From: Anaerolineales bacterium
GTDB lineage: Bacteria > Chloroflexota > Anaerolineae > UBA1429
Direction: 5' to 3'
Assembly (NCBI GenBank): GCA_046538105.1
Contig: JBKHJO010000002.1
Location: forward strand, 31,730 to 95,729
Length of the DNA: 64,000 bases
The position numbers and the translations under genes are program-made. The stretch's first letter is position 1, and each line of letters starts with the position of its first letter. The notes beneath the pieces were generated by a model, which was not told where the DNA came from, searched no databases, and was given only the letters and a program-made list of their open reading frames with translations. Of this stretch, positions 11,042-21,298 are shown piece by piece.

Positions 11042-11941
11042 ATGTCCCAGCAAGGACGATGGGCAGAGATAAGCGTATGGGCCGACCGAGAGGCCGCAGA
11101 CGATCTGGTCAGTCTCTTTGAAAGAAACTGTCCAGGAGGCGCCGTGATAGAGAAACAGGACGCAGAGGAGCCTGAACACCGCGCGCGTCTGAAAATTAGC
11201 GGCTTTTTGTCGGCAAAGGATACGGAAACGCGCCAAAAACTGGAGATCGCTCTCCTCCTGCTGGCCAGGACCGCGCCCATCTCCGCACCACGCACCAGAA
11301 TACTGGCACCAGAAGACTGGACCGAATCCTGGAAAAGCCATTTCTCACCCTTACACATCGGCGAGCGCACCGTGGTCGTGCCCACCTGGCGCTCCTACAA
11401 GCCCAGATCAGAGGAGATCGTTCTCCATCTGGATCCCGGCATGGCCTTTGGCACGGGGCTGCACGCCACTACACGACTGTGCCTCATGGCCATAGAACGC
11501 CTCCTGCGCCCCAGCATGAAGGTATTGGACGTGGGAACGGGCTCAGGCATCCTGGCCATCTCGGCAGCCCTGCAGGGAGCCGGGCACGTCTGGGCTCTGG
11601 ATACAGATCCCACATGTGTACAGGTCGCTCGCGACAATGTGACATTGAACAATGTGGACCACCGGGTTACTGTACAGGAGGGGACGCTGAAGATGCCGTT
11701 GGAGGCATCCCTTTCAAGCAGATGCTATGACCTTCTCCTTGTGAACATCCTTGCGGAGGTCATCGTGGATATGGCCCCGGCCCTGGGCGCTGTCCTGCCC
11801 GAGCAAGGTCTCTTTGTAGGCTCTGGGATCATTGAGAAAAAGGCCTCTCAGGTGGAACGGGCCCTTGCTCAGGAACAGATCACACTGGACGAGATCCTAC
11901 GAGAAGACGACTGGGTAGCCCTTATAGGGCATCGGATCTAA
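11042..11941 (+). CDS. prmA: ribosomal protein L11 methyltransferase
   Basis: 299 aa; SAM-MTase motif VLDVGTGSGILAI; follows dnaJ as in Bacillus. Confidence 0.75.
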   Translation: MSQQGRWAEISVWADREAADDLVSLFERNCPGGAVIEKQDAEEPEHRARLKISGFLSAKDTETRQKLEIALLLLARTAPISAPRTRILAPEDWTESWKSHFSPLHIGERTVVVPTWRSYKPRSEEIVLHLDPGMAFGTGLHATTRLCLMAIERLLRPSMKVLDVGTGSGILAISAALQGAGHVWALDTDPTCVQVARDNVTLNNVDHRVTVQEGTLKMPLEASLSSRCYDLLLVNILAEVIVDMAPALGAVLPEQGLFVGSGIIEKKASQVERALAQEQITLDEILREDDWVALIGHRI

Positions 11942-11947
11942 AAAGGT

Positions 11948-12697
11948 ATGCACCGTTTCTTCATACCACCGGAGTGGCTACGAGAGGAATCCGTCAGCCT
12001 CACCGGAGATGTGGCACACCAACTGTGCCGCGTCCTCCGCATGCATCCCGGCGAGCGCATCGTCCTTCTGGACAATTCGGGGCGCGCATACATTGCCGAA
12101 CTCGACCGCGTCGCGCCCTCTCAATGCCACGCCCATATTCTCTCCGTCTCTCGGCCCGAAACGGAACCCCGTACACGGGTCGTTCTTTATCAGGCCGTAC
12201 CCAAAGCGCAGAATTTCGATTGGGTACTACAAAAGGGAACGGAAATAGGTATAGAGACCTTTGTGCCGCTGCTCACCCATCGATGCATGATACAGGATCT
12301 CGATCGCATCACCGAGCACAAGATGGAACGCTGGCAACGTATCATAAAAGAGGCCGCAGAGCAATCGGGGCGGGTACATCTCCCCCGACTCATGCAGGCC
12401 AGATCTTTGTCTCAGATCTGCAAGAATTCCCCATCGTCGGACACCCTCGCCCTCATACTCTCCCTTACAGAGCAAGCCCTTCCCCTGCGCCACATCCTGG
12501 AAGATGAAACGTCTTTCGATCTCCAAGAGGTTCACCTCTGCGTAGGACCGGAGGGGGGCTTTACGACGGAAGAAGTACACAGTGCTTTTGAGGCGGGGTG
12601 GGAGCCAGTCTCGCTGGGGCCGCGCACCCTGCGCACTGAAACAGCCCCCCTTGTAGCCAGTGCCATCCTTCTGTATGCACTGGGGGATATAGGATAG
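11948..12697 (+). CDS. rsmE: 16S rRNA (uracil1498-N3)-methyltransferase
   Basis: 249 aa; MHRFFIPPEW N-term typical of RsmE; C-terminal SPOUT motif GPEGGFT; follows prmA. Confidence 0.75.
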   Translation: MHRFFIPPEWLREESVSLTGDVAHQLCRVLRMHPGERIVLLDNSGRAYIAELDRVAPSQCHAHILSVSRPETEPRTRVVLYQAVPKAQNFDWVLQKGTEIGIETFVPLLTHRCMIQDLDRITEHKMERWQRIIKEAAEQSGRVHLPRLMQARSLSQICKNSPSSDTLALILSLTEQALPLRHILEDETSFDLQEVHLCVGPEGGFTTEEVHSAFEAGWEPVSLGPRTLRTETAPLVASAILLYALGDIG

Positions 12698-12729
12698 CAC
12701 CATTCTGCCACTACAGAGCAGTTCCTCGC

Positions 12730-13704
12730 TCAATCAAACTTGGGTTTATAGTTTCTGAGGGTTTCTCCCACAGAAAATCCGCGATGTACAGCATCTATCA
12801 CGGCGGCCAGCCAATCTCCCAGATGGATGATCTTCATATTGGGCAAAAGTTTCTCTTTGTCAATACGCTCCGTGTTCGTAAAGACGATCTCTTTGAAGTT
12901 GGCCTCTTCCAAAAGGTCTATCGTCTCATCGATAAACGTAGGATGTACAAAGCAGGCATAGACATCGTGGGCCCCAGCCTCATACAACTTTTTGGCCCCA
13001 CCCACTATGGTCGTTCCCTGATTGACTTCATCATCGATCAGAACCACGTTTCTATCCTTCACATCACCGATGACGGTGAGGCTCTGCGTGCTGCCCCCCG
13101 TACGCCGCTTCTCAACAAAGGCCACAGGCACGTCAAGACGCTCGGCGAAATAGCGCGCCTCCTTGGCAAAGCCAAGGTCCGCCGCGACGACGGTCAAGTT
13201 GGGAATCTCCTTTTGCTGGAAATACTCTCCAATGAGGCGAAATGCGGTAAGTTCATCGGTGGGCACGTCAAAGAAGCCCTGAATCTGCGGCGCATGCAGA
13301 TCCACGGTCATAAAGCGATCCGCGCCGGCAACGTCTATCATGTTTGCCAGCAGGCTCGCGCTGATGGGTACGCGTGGCATATCCTTCTTATCGCTGCGCG
13401 CATAGGCGTAAAAGGGAACCACCGCCGTGATACGCCCTGCCGAAGCGCGCTTGACGGTGTCGATCATGATGAGTAGTTCCATCACATTGTAGCTGACGGG
13501 AAAACAGGTAGGTTGGATGATAAATACGTCCTTGGAACGAACCGTCTGCTTCAACTGGATGAAGATATTCTCGTTGGCAAAGGTCGTGATCTCCGCATCG
13601 AGCAAGGGTACATCCAACGCTTCACTGATCTCCTGTGCAAGCTCTGGGTTGCCGCTCCCCGCGATGAGAGCCAGTTCCCCATAGATTGTGACACCTTTTT
13701 CCAT
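12730..13704 (-). CDS. prs: ribose-phosphate pyrophosphokinase (PRPP synthetase)
   Basis: 324 aa; PRPP-binding loop VLIDDEVNQGTT, N-term LALIAGSGNPELA. Confidence 0.85.
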   Translation of the reverse strand: MEKGVTIYGELALIAGSGNPELAQEISEALDVPLLDAEITTFANENIFIQLKQTVRSKDVFIIQPTCFPVSYNVMELLIMIDTVKRASAGRITAVVPFYAYARSDKKDMPRVPISASLLANMIDVAGADRFMTVDLHAPQIQGFFDVPTDELTAFRLIGEYFQQKEIPNLTVVAADLGFAKEARYFAERLDVPVAFVEKRRTGGSTQSLTVIGDVKDRNVVLIDDEVNQGTTIVGGAKKLYEAGAHDVYACFVHPTFIDETIDLLEEANFKEIVFTNTERIDKEKLLPNMKIIHLGDWLAAVIDAVHRGFSVGETLRNYKPKFD

Positions 13705-13721
13705 CTCCTTCTCCTTGCAAA

Positions 13722-14678
13722 CTATCCTACGTCTTTTATTCTCTCCAGCAGCCCCTGAGCCGCCGTATAGGGATCTATCTCACGTATCGCAACGCGCTCT
13801 ATCAGGGCATCATAGTACTCGGCACTTGTTTGGGATAAGCGTTTGAGCACGAAATCCTCGAACAGGATGCCTTGAATCTCTTTCTCCACGTGATCCCGCT
13901 GCAGCGTATCAAGTGCCCCGCTCTTTCTCAGGTAATCGGCGTGATCCTCGATACGATCAACGAGGATCTCCGTTCCCCGATCCTCCGTAGCAACCGTCTC
14001 GACGACAGGGGGATGCCAAACAGATTCCCCTTTGTCCTCCGCTTTCGCCATAGCCAGCATGGCCTCCAAGCGCATTCTCAGGCGCTCACTTTTTTCCGAA
14101 TCGGCCTTATTCACCACCAGAATATCGGCAATCTCCAAAACACCCGCCTTTAGCGTCTGGATGGCATCCCCCATACCGGGAATCTGAAGCACCACCACAG
14201 TATGGGCGATTCTGGAAATCTCAACCTCCGCCTGCCCTGCACCGACGGTCTCGATGATAACGCGCCGATAGCCGCACGCATCCAACAATCTTGCCACGTT
14301 CCCCGTGGACCGGGCCAGACCTCCCAGGGCTCCCCGATTGGCCATACTCCGCACAAAGACGCCGGGGTCGCCACTGAGTTCCTTCATGCGGACGCGATCT
14401 CCCAGTATAGCCCCTCCAGAAAAGGGGCTGCTGGGATCTATAGCTACCACGCCCACGGTGACATCGCGTTCACGGTACGCAGCGGCCAGTCGCGCCACCA
14501 AAGTGCTCTTGCCCGAGCCGGGCGCTCCCGTGACACCAATGAGGTGGGCCCTCCCCGTGTGCGGATAGACATGGGGCATTATCTCCCTCGCCCTGGAGCC
14601 GTCGTTCTCCAAAAGGGTCATCAGACGTGCTATGGCGCGTCGCTCGCCGGCAAGGGCCTTCTCTACGGCCTCTTTCAT
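13722..14678 (-). CDS. meaB: methylmalonyl-CoA mutase-associated GTPase MeaB/ArgK
   Basis: 318 aa; P-loop [16 protein letters not shown] motif (VVNKADS). Confidence 0.8.
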   Translation of the reverse strand: MKEAVEKALAGERRAIARLMTLLENDGSRAREIMPHVYPHTGRAHLIGVTGAPGSGKSTLVARLAAAYRERDVTVGVVAIDPSSPFSGGAILGDRVRMKELSGDPGVFVRSMANRGALGGLARSTGNVARLLDACGYRRVIIETVGAGQAEVEISRIAHTVVVLQIPGMGDAIQTLKAGVLEIADILVVNKADSEKSERLRMRLEAMLAMAKAEDKGESVWHPPVVETVATEDRGTEILVDRIEDHADYLRKSGALDTLQRDHVEKEIQGILFEDFVLKRLSQTSAEYYDALIERVAIREIDPYTAAQGLLERIKDVG

Positions 14679-15085
14679 GAGTCGCTCTGGCCATCAACTC
14701 GTCTGCGGATGAACCGCACCACCTCATCGGTGGAGGTACCGGGGCCAAAAACGCCATCAACACCCTGTTCCACCAGGCGGGGGATATCTTCTTGTGGAAC
14801 GATACCCCCTACAAGCACAATGGTTTCTTTCAAGCCAACCTCCGCCAACAACTGCGTTATCCGAGGCACCAACGTCATATGTGCCCCGGAAAGGATGCTG
14901 AGTCCAATCACGTCCACATCCTCCTGCAGGGCCGTCTCCACGACCATCTCTGGCGTCTGACGGAGGCCGGTGTAGATGACTTCCATACCGGCATCCCGCA
15001 GTGCCCGGGCAATGATTTTGGCACCCCGGTCATGCCCATCCAGACCGGGCTTGGCGATCAAAACCCGAACAGGTCTCTCAGACAT
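14675..15085 (-). CDS. methylmalonyl-CoA mutase small subunit, B12-binding domain
   Basis: 136 aa; [34 protein letters not shown] (DxHxxG B12-binding motif); 4-nt overlap with meaB. Confidence 0.8.
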   Translation of the reverse strand: MSERPVRVLIAKPGLDGHDRGAKIIARALRDAGMEVIYTGLRQTPEMVVETALQEDVDVIGLSILSGAHMTLVPRITQLLAEVGLKETIVLVGGIVPQEDIPRLVEQGVDGVFGPGTSTDEVVRFIRRRVDGQSDS

Positions 15086-15140
15086 ATTCCACTCCCATAT
15101 TATACGCCTTTACCGCCTCCCCCGTAACGCCACGCCGACC

Positions 15141-15539
15141 TCAAGGCTGCTGACGCAGTTCAAGCAGCACACCATTTGCACTGCGAGGGTGCACAAAGGC
15201 CACCAAAGATTCGCCAGCCCCACGGACGGGCTGCTCGCTCAGAAGTTGCACGCCCTGCGACTGCAGGCGCTCCATAACCGCCCCTATGTCGGATACCTGC
15301 ACACAGAGGTGATGTATCCCCTCGCCCCGCCGGGCCAGGAACCTGGCCACGGGACCATCGTCATCCAGGGGCTCCAACAGCTCGATGGTGCAAGAGCCCA
15401 AAGGGAGGAAGCCCACCTTAACGCCCTGATCCTCCACCGTCTCAATATGACAGAGTTCTATGTCCAGCCCCTCGGTGTAGAGGCGAGCTGCTTCCTGGAT
15501 ATCCTCCACCGCTATCCCCACGTGATCGATACGTGTCAT
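15141..15539 (-). CDS. methylmalonyl-CoA epimerase (VOC/glyoxalase fold)
   Basis: 132 aa; IDHVGIAVEDIQEA...GIHHLCVQV; between mutase subunits. Confidence 0.7.
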   Translation of the reverse strand: MTRIDHVGIAVEDIQEAARLYTEGLDIELCHIETVEDQGVKVGFLPLGSCTIELLEPLDDDGPVARFLARRGEGIHHLCVQVSDIGAVMERLQSQGVQLLSEQPVRGAGESLVAFVHPRSANGVLLELRQQP

Positions 15540-15551
15540 GCCTTCCCACCC

Positions 15552-17276
15552 CTAGATTGTAGTAACCTGGTCGTATTCTCCAAAGACGTCCCGCAGGGTA
15601 TCGCAGATTTCCCCCAAAGTCGCATAGGTTTTGACGGCATCAAGGATGGGAGGAAACAGATTGTCCTCCCCCTCGGCCGCCCTCTGTAATGCCTCCAGCG
15701 TTTGCCGAACGGCGGTATCATCACGACGCTCCCTCAACCCCTCCAGATGTTGGCGCTGGCGGCGACCTATCTCTGGATCCACGCTCAGGCGATCAAGATC
15801 CACCTCCTGCTTCTCCCTGAAGCGATTGACCCCGACCACAACCCGTTCCCCTGCCTCGATGGCCCGTTGCTGCTCGTAGGCGCTCCCCTGAATCTCTTGT
15901 TGCACATACCCCACGTCGATGGCGGCAGGTGCACCACCCATCTCGTCGATGCGAGCGATATATTCCTGGGCCTCCCTTTCGATATCCTCCGTCAAATGCT
16001 CTATAAAACAACTGCCCGCCAGAGGATCGATGGTATCGGCCACACCGCTTTCATGGGCGATGATCTGCTGTGTACGTAGCGCGATCTGCACCGACTCTTC
16101 CGTGGGCAGGCCCAGGGCCTCGTCCCGCGAATTGGTGTGCAGACTCTGGGTACCGCCCAACACAGCCGCCAAGGCCTGAAGTGCAACGCGCACCACGTTG
16201 TTCTCCGGCTGCTGCGCGGTGAGGGTCACTCCCGATGTCTGTGTATGGAACCTGAGGCGCGCCGATTGAGGATCCTCAGCGCCAAAGCGCTCCATCACAA
16301 GCCGTGCCCACAGGCGCCGCGCCGCTCGAAACTTGGCCACTTCCTCCAAGAGGTTGTTGTGGGCGGCAAAAAAGAAGGAGAGACGCCCTACAAAAGCATC
16401 GATATGCTGCCCCACCTCCAGTACCGCTTCCACATAGGCGATAGCGTTGGCCAGGGTAAAGGCCACCTCCTGTACCGCCGTGCAGCCGGCCTCGCGCATA
16501 TGATAGCCGCTGATGCTCATGGGATTCCAGTGGGGCAGTTCTTCCGTGCAAAAGTTGATGGTATCGGTGATGAGCCGCATAGAGGCTTGAGGAGGATAGA
16601 TATAGGTACCGCGCGCGACATATTCCTTGAGGATGTCATTCTGAATGGTGCCCCGCAGAACTCGACGCTCCACCCCCTGCGCGTCCGCCACGGCGATATA
16701 CATGGCCAGCAGCACGGCCGCTGGGGCATTGATGGTCATGGAGGTACTCACCTCATCCAGGGGTATCCCCTGAAAGAGGGTCTCCATATCCTCCAAAGAA
16801 GATACAGAAACCCCTACCTTGCCCACCTCACCAAGAGCCAGGGGATGGTCGGCATCGTATCCGATCTGCGTGGGGAGATCAAAGGCCACCGAGAGGCCCG
16901 TCTGCCCCTGGTCCAGTAGATACTTGTAGCGACGATTGGACTCCTGCGCCGTGGCGTATCCGGCGTACTGGCGCATGGTCCACAGGCGCCCTCGATACAT
17001 GGTGGGATATATCCCTCGTGTAAAGGGATACGCACCGGGGAATCCGAGATCCTCCAAATAGTCCCCCTCTACATCGCACGGGGTATAGAGGCGCCTTACC
17101 GGTTCCCCATTCAACCGCGGCGGGATGTGCCGCTCGGGATAGCGCTCCAAAAGGGGATTCAGGACATCCCTTTCCCACTCTGACCTGGCATCCGAGATAT
17201 CACCCACAGCGGACCTCCCCACCCTATCCTCTCTAACGTCCGTATCCGCGTACAGGAGATATTGTGTGCCTTTCAT
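15552..17276 (-). CDS. methylmalonyl-CoA mutase large (catalytic) subunit, no fused B12 domain
   Basis: 574 aa; TIM-barrel mutase motifs ([45 protein letters not shown]). Confidence 0.85.
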   Translation of the reverse strand: MKGTQYLLYADTDVREDRVGRSAVGDISDARSEWERDVLNPLLERYPERHIPPRLNGEPVRRLYTPCDVEGDYLEDLGFPGAYPFTRGIYPTMYRGRLWTMRQYAGYATAQESNRRYKYLLDQGQTGLSVAFDLPTQIGYDADHPLALGEVGKVGVSVSSLEDMETLFQGIPLDEVSTSMTINAPAAVLLAMYIAVADAQGVERRVLRGTIQNDILKEYVARGTYIYPPQASMRLITDTINFCTEELPHWNPMSISGYHMREAGCTAVQEVAFTLANAIAYVEAVLEVGQHIDAFVGRLSFFFAAHNNLLEEVAKFRAARRLWARLVMERFGAEDPQSARLRFHTQTSGVTLTAQQPENNVVRVALQALAAVLGGTQSLHTNSRDEALGLPTEESVQIALRTQQIIAHESGVADTIDPLAGSCFIEHLTEDIEREAQEYIARIDEMGGAPAAIDVGYVQQEIQGSAYEQQRAIEAGERVVVGVNRFREKQEVDLDRLSVDPEIGRRQRQHLEGLRERRDDTAVRQTLEALQRAAEGEDNLFPPILDAVKTYATLGEICDTLRDVFGEYDQVTTI

Positions 17277-17397
17277 CTCGTGACGTCAAATCGGATAGAT
17301 ATCCCTCCATCCCATATCGTCAACTGCCCATCTTTCGAAGCAACATGCACCAGAGTCCACAGCATGGACAAAAGGACGTTTTCTAGGTATCCTATAC

Positions 17398-18183
17398 TTG
17401 TCAGGAGGTGGCATGTCTTCATATACGGTAGCACTCGACATCTTTGAGGGACCTCTGGAACTTTTGCTGCGCCTTATCGAGGCAGAGGAACTGGATATCA
17501 CCACCATCTCTTTGGCCACCGTAGCAGACCAATACCTGGCCCATCTGGAAGAGATTCAACACGTAGAGTCGGACGATCTGGCAGACTTTGTCGTGGTGGC
17601 CACCGAGCTTTTGGTGATCAAGTCGAGGGTGCTCCTGCCCCAGTCAGAAGAGGACAAAGAGCAGGAGGAAGAGGACTGGGAGAGCGATCTCGTGAGCAGG
17701 CTGCAGGCATATAAACGATTCAAGGAGATGGCCTATCGGCTGGGAGAGATTGAGAAGAGGGGCCAGAGAAGTTATATGCGGCTCGCTCCGCCCCCCGAGA
17801 TCGAGCAGCGAGTAAAGCCCGGGCAGGGCGACATCGAGGATCTTTTGCGGGCTCTTGAGGAGATCCTGGAGAGACACCCACCCCGTTCTCCCGTGGAGGA
17901 GATGGTCTCTCGCCTTGAGGTACACATAGATGACTGCATCCAACGCATCCTGACCAGAGTGCACCGGCAGGAAAGGGTGAGATTCAGCGAGTTAATGCGC
18001 GGGGCGCGCTCCCGCATGGAGATCATCGTCACTTTTTTGGGCATGCTGGAACTGATAAAACAGCAACGCATTCGGGTATCCCAGGAAAGAACCTTTGGTG
18101 AAATATGCCTCGAACAACACCAAGGGGAGGTTACTGCAGAGGGCGCGGGGGAAGCCGCCACGACGGTGGCTTCAGAAGGATAA
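17398..18183 (+). CDS. scpA: segregation and condensation protein A
   Basis: 261 aa; LDIFEGPLELLLRLIEAEELDI N-term kleisin motif. Confidence 0.75.
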   Translation: MSGGGMSSYTVALDIFEGPLELLLRLIEAEELDITTISLATVADQYLAHLEEIQHVESDDLADFVVVATELLVIKSRVLLPQSEEDKEQEEEDWESDLVSRLQAYKRFKEMAYRLGEIEKRGQRSYMRLAPPPEIEQRVKPGQGDIEDLLRALEEILERHPPRSPVEEMVSRLEVHIDDCIQRILTRVHRQERVRFSELMRGARSRMEIIVTFLGMLELIKQQRIRVSQERTFGEICLEQHQGEVTAEGAGEAATTVASEG

Positions 18184-18267
18184 TCCCTCATCAAAGGGCG
18201 AAAGGCTCCAGTTACAGCGAATGCGGCCCGGAAAGAGCCCGCGAAAAAGAGAAAAGTTGATCAGTCC

Positions 18268-18296
18268 TTGACGACCTCGAGCAACCATGATAGGAT
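18268..18296 (+). promoter_or_regulatory. sigma-A-type promoter (TTGACG-17-TAGGAT) for LysM gene
   Basis: TTGACG 18268-18273, 17-nt spacer, TAGGAT 18291-18296, ~40 nt upstream of ATG. Confidence 0.5.
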
Positions 18297-18339
18297 GGAA
18301 CACGATTGATCATACGAGGAAAAGAGTGCAAGCATCACA

Positions 18340-19200
18340 ATGTCCAGGATGGAACGTCCACAGCGAGAAAACGGAGACGATAAGAGCCACCTTTTCGCAT
18401 TCCTGGCAGGGACCGGGGCAATGCTCGTTTTTATGACACTGGCCCTGGGCTGCGTGCGGGCCAAGCCACCCCGTACGGTCACGGTACCCGAAAGCCTTGA
18501 ACAGACGCAGGAATTTGCTGCTGAGAATATCCTGACCGGGGACGCCGCCAAACGGGCCTCTCTCTCTCCGACCATACCCACGCTGGGCATCACGGCTACT
18601 CTTCCGCCTCCCACACCCACGCCGACCACAACATCTCCACCCACCACCACAGTCGAGATCCCTCCCATAGGCGCGACGACGACCTCCTCCGCTCGCCAGC
18701 CCCCGCATTCCACAGATGAGGTGGTGCACGTGGTGAAACCGGGAGAGACCCTTTACAGCATCGCCGAGAGATATGGCACTACCGTATTGGCCATCATCGA
18801 CAAGAACGACCTTCCCTACTCGAATGCAATTCGCGTAAACCAAGAACTTGTGATCCCGGTAGGGCACAAACCGTCGGGGACTCTCACCCCCTATACCGTC
18901 AAGCACATGGTAAAACAGGGCGAGAGCCTGGCCCAACTCGCCCGCGCGTATCGGACCACGATCTCCGACATCATAGCAGAGAATCCCCATATCAAAGATC
19001 CCAACGACCTGTCACCAGGCACCACGCTTACCATCAGGACGGGCACAGCACCCCCTGTTCGCCTTCACGTCGTGGCCCCGGGACAGAATCTCTACGCCAT
19101 CGCCAGGCGATACGGCGTGAGCGTGGAGACCCTGGTGCGCGCCAATGGACTGCGGAACCCCAATACCATTCATGTGGGGCAACAACTTGTGGTTCCTTGA
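18340..19200 (+). CDS. membrane-anchored LysM-repeat protein (3 LysM domains, Pro/Thr-rich linker)
   Basis: 286 aa; N-terminal TM, PTPTPTTTSPPTTT linker, three LysM-like repeats (e.g. HVVKPGETLYSIAERYG). Confidence 0.75.
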   Translation: MSRMERPQRENGDDKSHLFAFLAGTGAMLVFMTLALGCVRAKPPRTVTVPESLEQTQEFAAENILTGDAAKRASLSPTIPTLGITATLPPPTPTPTTTSPPTTTVEIPPIGATTTSSARQPPHSTDEVVHVVKPGETLYSIAERYGTTVLAIIDKNDLPYSNAIRVNQELVIPVGHKPSGTLTPYTVKHMVKQGESLAQLARAYRTTISDIIAENPHIKDPNDLSPGTTLTIRTGTAPPVRLHVVAPGQNLYAIARRYGVSVETLVRANGLRNPNTIHVGQQLVVP

Positions 19201-19408
19201 CCCCCCATGGAACACATATTTGGAGCAAGACACAACTGGAACTATAATTGTGCGATTGGCTACAAATTCAGGATACAATATGACAAGGCGTCGATTTTAT
19301 CCTCCAGCGGGGATCGTTTGACCGGAAGCAGTAGAAGATGACGCGAGGCGGTCATGTGGGGGATGAATAGAGTTATCTCATTTCACAACACTCTCTGAGG
19401 AGGGAAAA

Positions 19409-21064
19409 ATGGCAAGTAAGAAAGTAGTTCTCGTTTTGCTGGCCGTCTTTATGGCTTTGTCGACGGTGGTGAGCGGATGTGCTGGAGGGAAGGCCGAGGG
19501 GCCCGAACTCAATTGGAACCTGGGCACCGAACCTCCCACCGCGGACCCTGCCCTGGCCACAGACACCACATCGGTGCAGGTGGACCAGGCGCTCTTTTTG
19601 GGGTTGACGGACTTTGACGACGAGACCATGGAGATCGTATCCGAACTGGCCACAGATTGGGACGTATCCGACGATGGTCTCGTGTGGACGTTCAATATGC
19701 GGGATGACGCCTATTGGGTGGACTATGATCCCGAGAGCGGAAAGACGGAAAAGCTGGACAACGTCACGGCCCACGACGTGGAATACGGCGTAAAGCGCAC
19801 CATCAACCCCGAAACGGCGTCGGATTATGCTTACGTCGACTATATCATCAAGAATGCCGAGGCCGTAAACACTGGTGAGAGCACAGACCTGGACAGCATC
19901 GGCGTAGAGGCCGTCGACGACTATACGGTACAGTTCACGCTGGAACGACCCGCGGGTTATTTCCCCGCCATCGCCGGCATGTGGGTTAACCGCCCCGTAC
20001 CCCAGGATATCATCGAGGAACATGGGGATACGTGGACAGAACCCGAGAACATTGTGACCAACGGCCCCTACTGTCTTGACACGTGGGACCACGAAGACAA
20101 GATGGTCTTTGTCAAGAATCCTCACTACTATGCAGCAGATGACGTGCAGATCGCCAAGGTCAACTGCGTCATGGTCACCGAGGACTCGACGGCGTTTGCC
20201 ATGTACGAGAACGACGAACTGGACGTGCAATCACCGCCCCAGGAGGACATGGATCGCGTCAAGGCGGACCCCGAGTTGTCCGAGGAACTCTACATCGCGC
20301 CAGATCTCTGTACCTACTACTATGGTTTCAACACGACCAAGGAACCGTTCGACGATCCCCTGGTGCGAAAGGCCTTCTCCTACGCCTTTGATCGGCAGAA
20401 ACTGATCGACACCGTAACCAAGGGCGACCAGAAGCCGGCCCAGACCTTTGCCTGCCCCGGTATCTTTGGCAGCCCGGCGGAAAACCCGGACTTTTCCGGT
20501 ATCACCTTCGATCCCGACAAGGCCAAAGAACTGTTGGCAGAAGCGGGGTACCCGGAGGGCGAGGGGCTGCCCGACATCACGCTTATGTTCAATACCAGCG
20601 AGGGGCACCAAAAGATCGCCGAGTTCGCTCAGCAGACCTGGAAAGAGAACCTGGGCGTGGAAGTAAAACTGGCCAACCAGGAGTGGAAAGTTTATCTGGA
20701 CACTGTGACCGAGGACGCACCGCAGATCTACCGCCTGGGTTGGTGTGCGGACTATCCGGATGAGAACAACTGGGTCATGGAAGTCTTCCACCCCACAAAG
20801 AGTTCCAACGATCCCCAATGGGATCCCGAGTCAGAATCTGCACAGAGATTCATGGAACTGACAGAGCAGGCGGCAGAAGAACCCGATCCTGCCAAGCGTG
20901 AGGAACTCTACTTTGAGGCGGAAAAGATCCTTTGCGTCGACGAGGCCATCATCGCGCCTATCTACTACTATACGATCGTCGTCTGCACCAAGCCATACGT
21001 GAACCGCACGTATGCGCCTCTGGGTGGCGAGCACTGGGAGCAGTGGACCATCGACAAGGAATAG
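19409..21064 (+). CDS. ABC transporter substrate-binding lipoprotein, peptide/nickel family 5 (SBP1)
   Basis: 551 aa; lipoprotein signal LSTVVSGC; family-5 SBP architecture; first gene of opp-like operon. Confidence 0.8.
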   Translation: MASKKVVLVLLAVFMALSTVVSGCAGGKAEGPELNWNLGTEPPTADPALATDTTSVQVDQALFLGLTDFDDETMEIVSELATDWDVSDDGLVWTFNMRDDAYWVDYDPESGKTEKLDNVTAHDVEYGVKRTINPETASDYAYVDYIIKNAEAVNTGESTDLDSIGVEAVDDYTVQFTLERPAGYFPAIAGMWVNRPVPQDIIEEHGDTWTEPENIVTNGPYCLDTWDHEDKMVFVKNPHYYAADDVQIAKVNCVMVTEDSTAFAMYENDELDVQSPPQEDMDRVKADPELSEELYIAPDLCTYYYGFNTTKEPFDDPLVRKAFSYAFDRQKLIDTVTKGDQKPAQTFACPGIFGSPAENPDFSGITFDPDKAKELLAEAGYPEGEGLPDITLMFNTSEGHQKIAEFAQQTWKENLGVEVKLANQEWKVYLDTVTEDAPQIYRLGWCADYPDENNWVMEVFHPTKSSNDPQWDPESESAQRFMELTEQAAEEPDPAKREELYFEAEKILCVDEAIIAPIYYYTIVVCTKPYVNRTYAPLGGEHWEQWTIDKE

Positions 21065-21086
21065 GCTCCCGCCATCGCTAGGATGT

Positions 21087-21123
21087 GTGCCACATGGCCC
21101 CAGTGACCATGTGGCACTTTTAT
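21087..21123 (+). terminator. rho-independent terminator/attenuator after SBP1
   Basis: 11-bp perfect stem gtgccacatgg / ccatgtggcac, loop ccccagtga, then TTTTAT. Confidence 0.7.
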
Positions 21124-21298
21124 GTATATAGTGGGATGTGTGTTATAATATGTGGTTGGTGTTCCAATCTGGATTTCGCCTTACGACAGAGACAACATCC
21201 ATGATAAATAGTACACTATCCATTGAAACCATCTGGATTCTCAGTGGATACAGTTGGGAATTTCCGTAACGTACAGGGAGGACAGATAATAGAAAGAG

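Noticed and set aside
17277-17397. Cobalamin riboswitch upstream of the methylmalonyl-CoA mutase operon
   Set aside because: Only 121 bp are shared with the divergent scpA promoter, which is too short for a ~200-nt B12 element. No B12-box-like sequence was seen.
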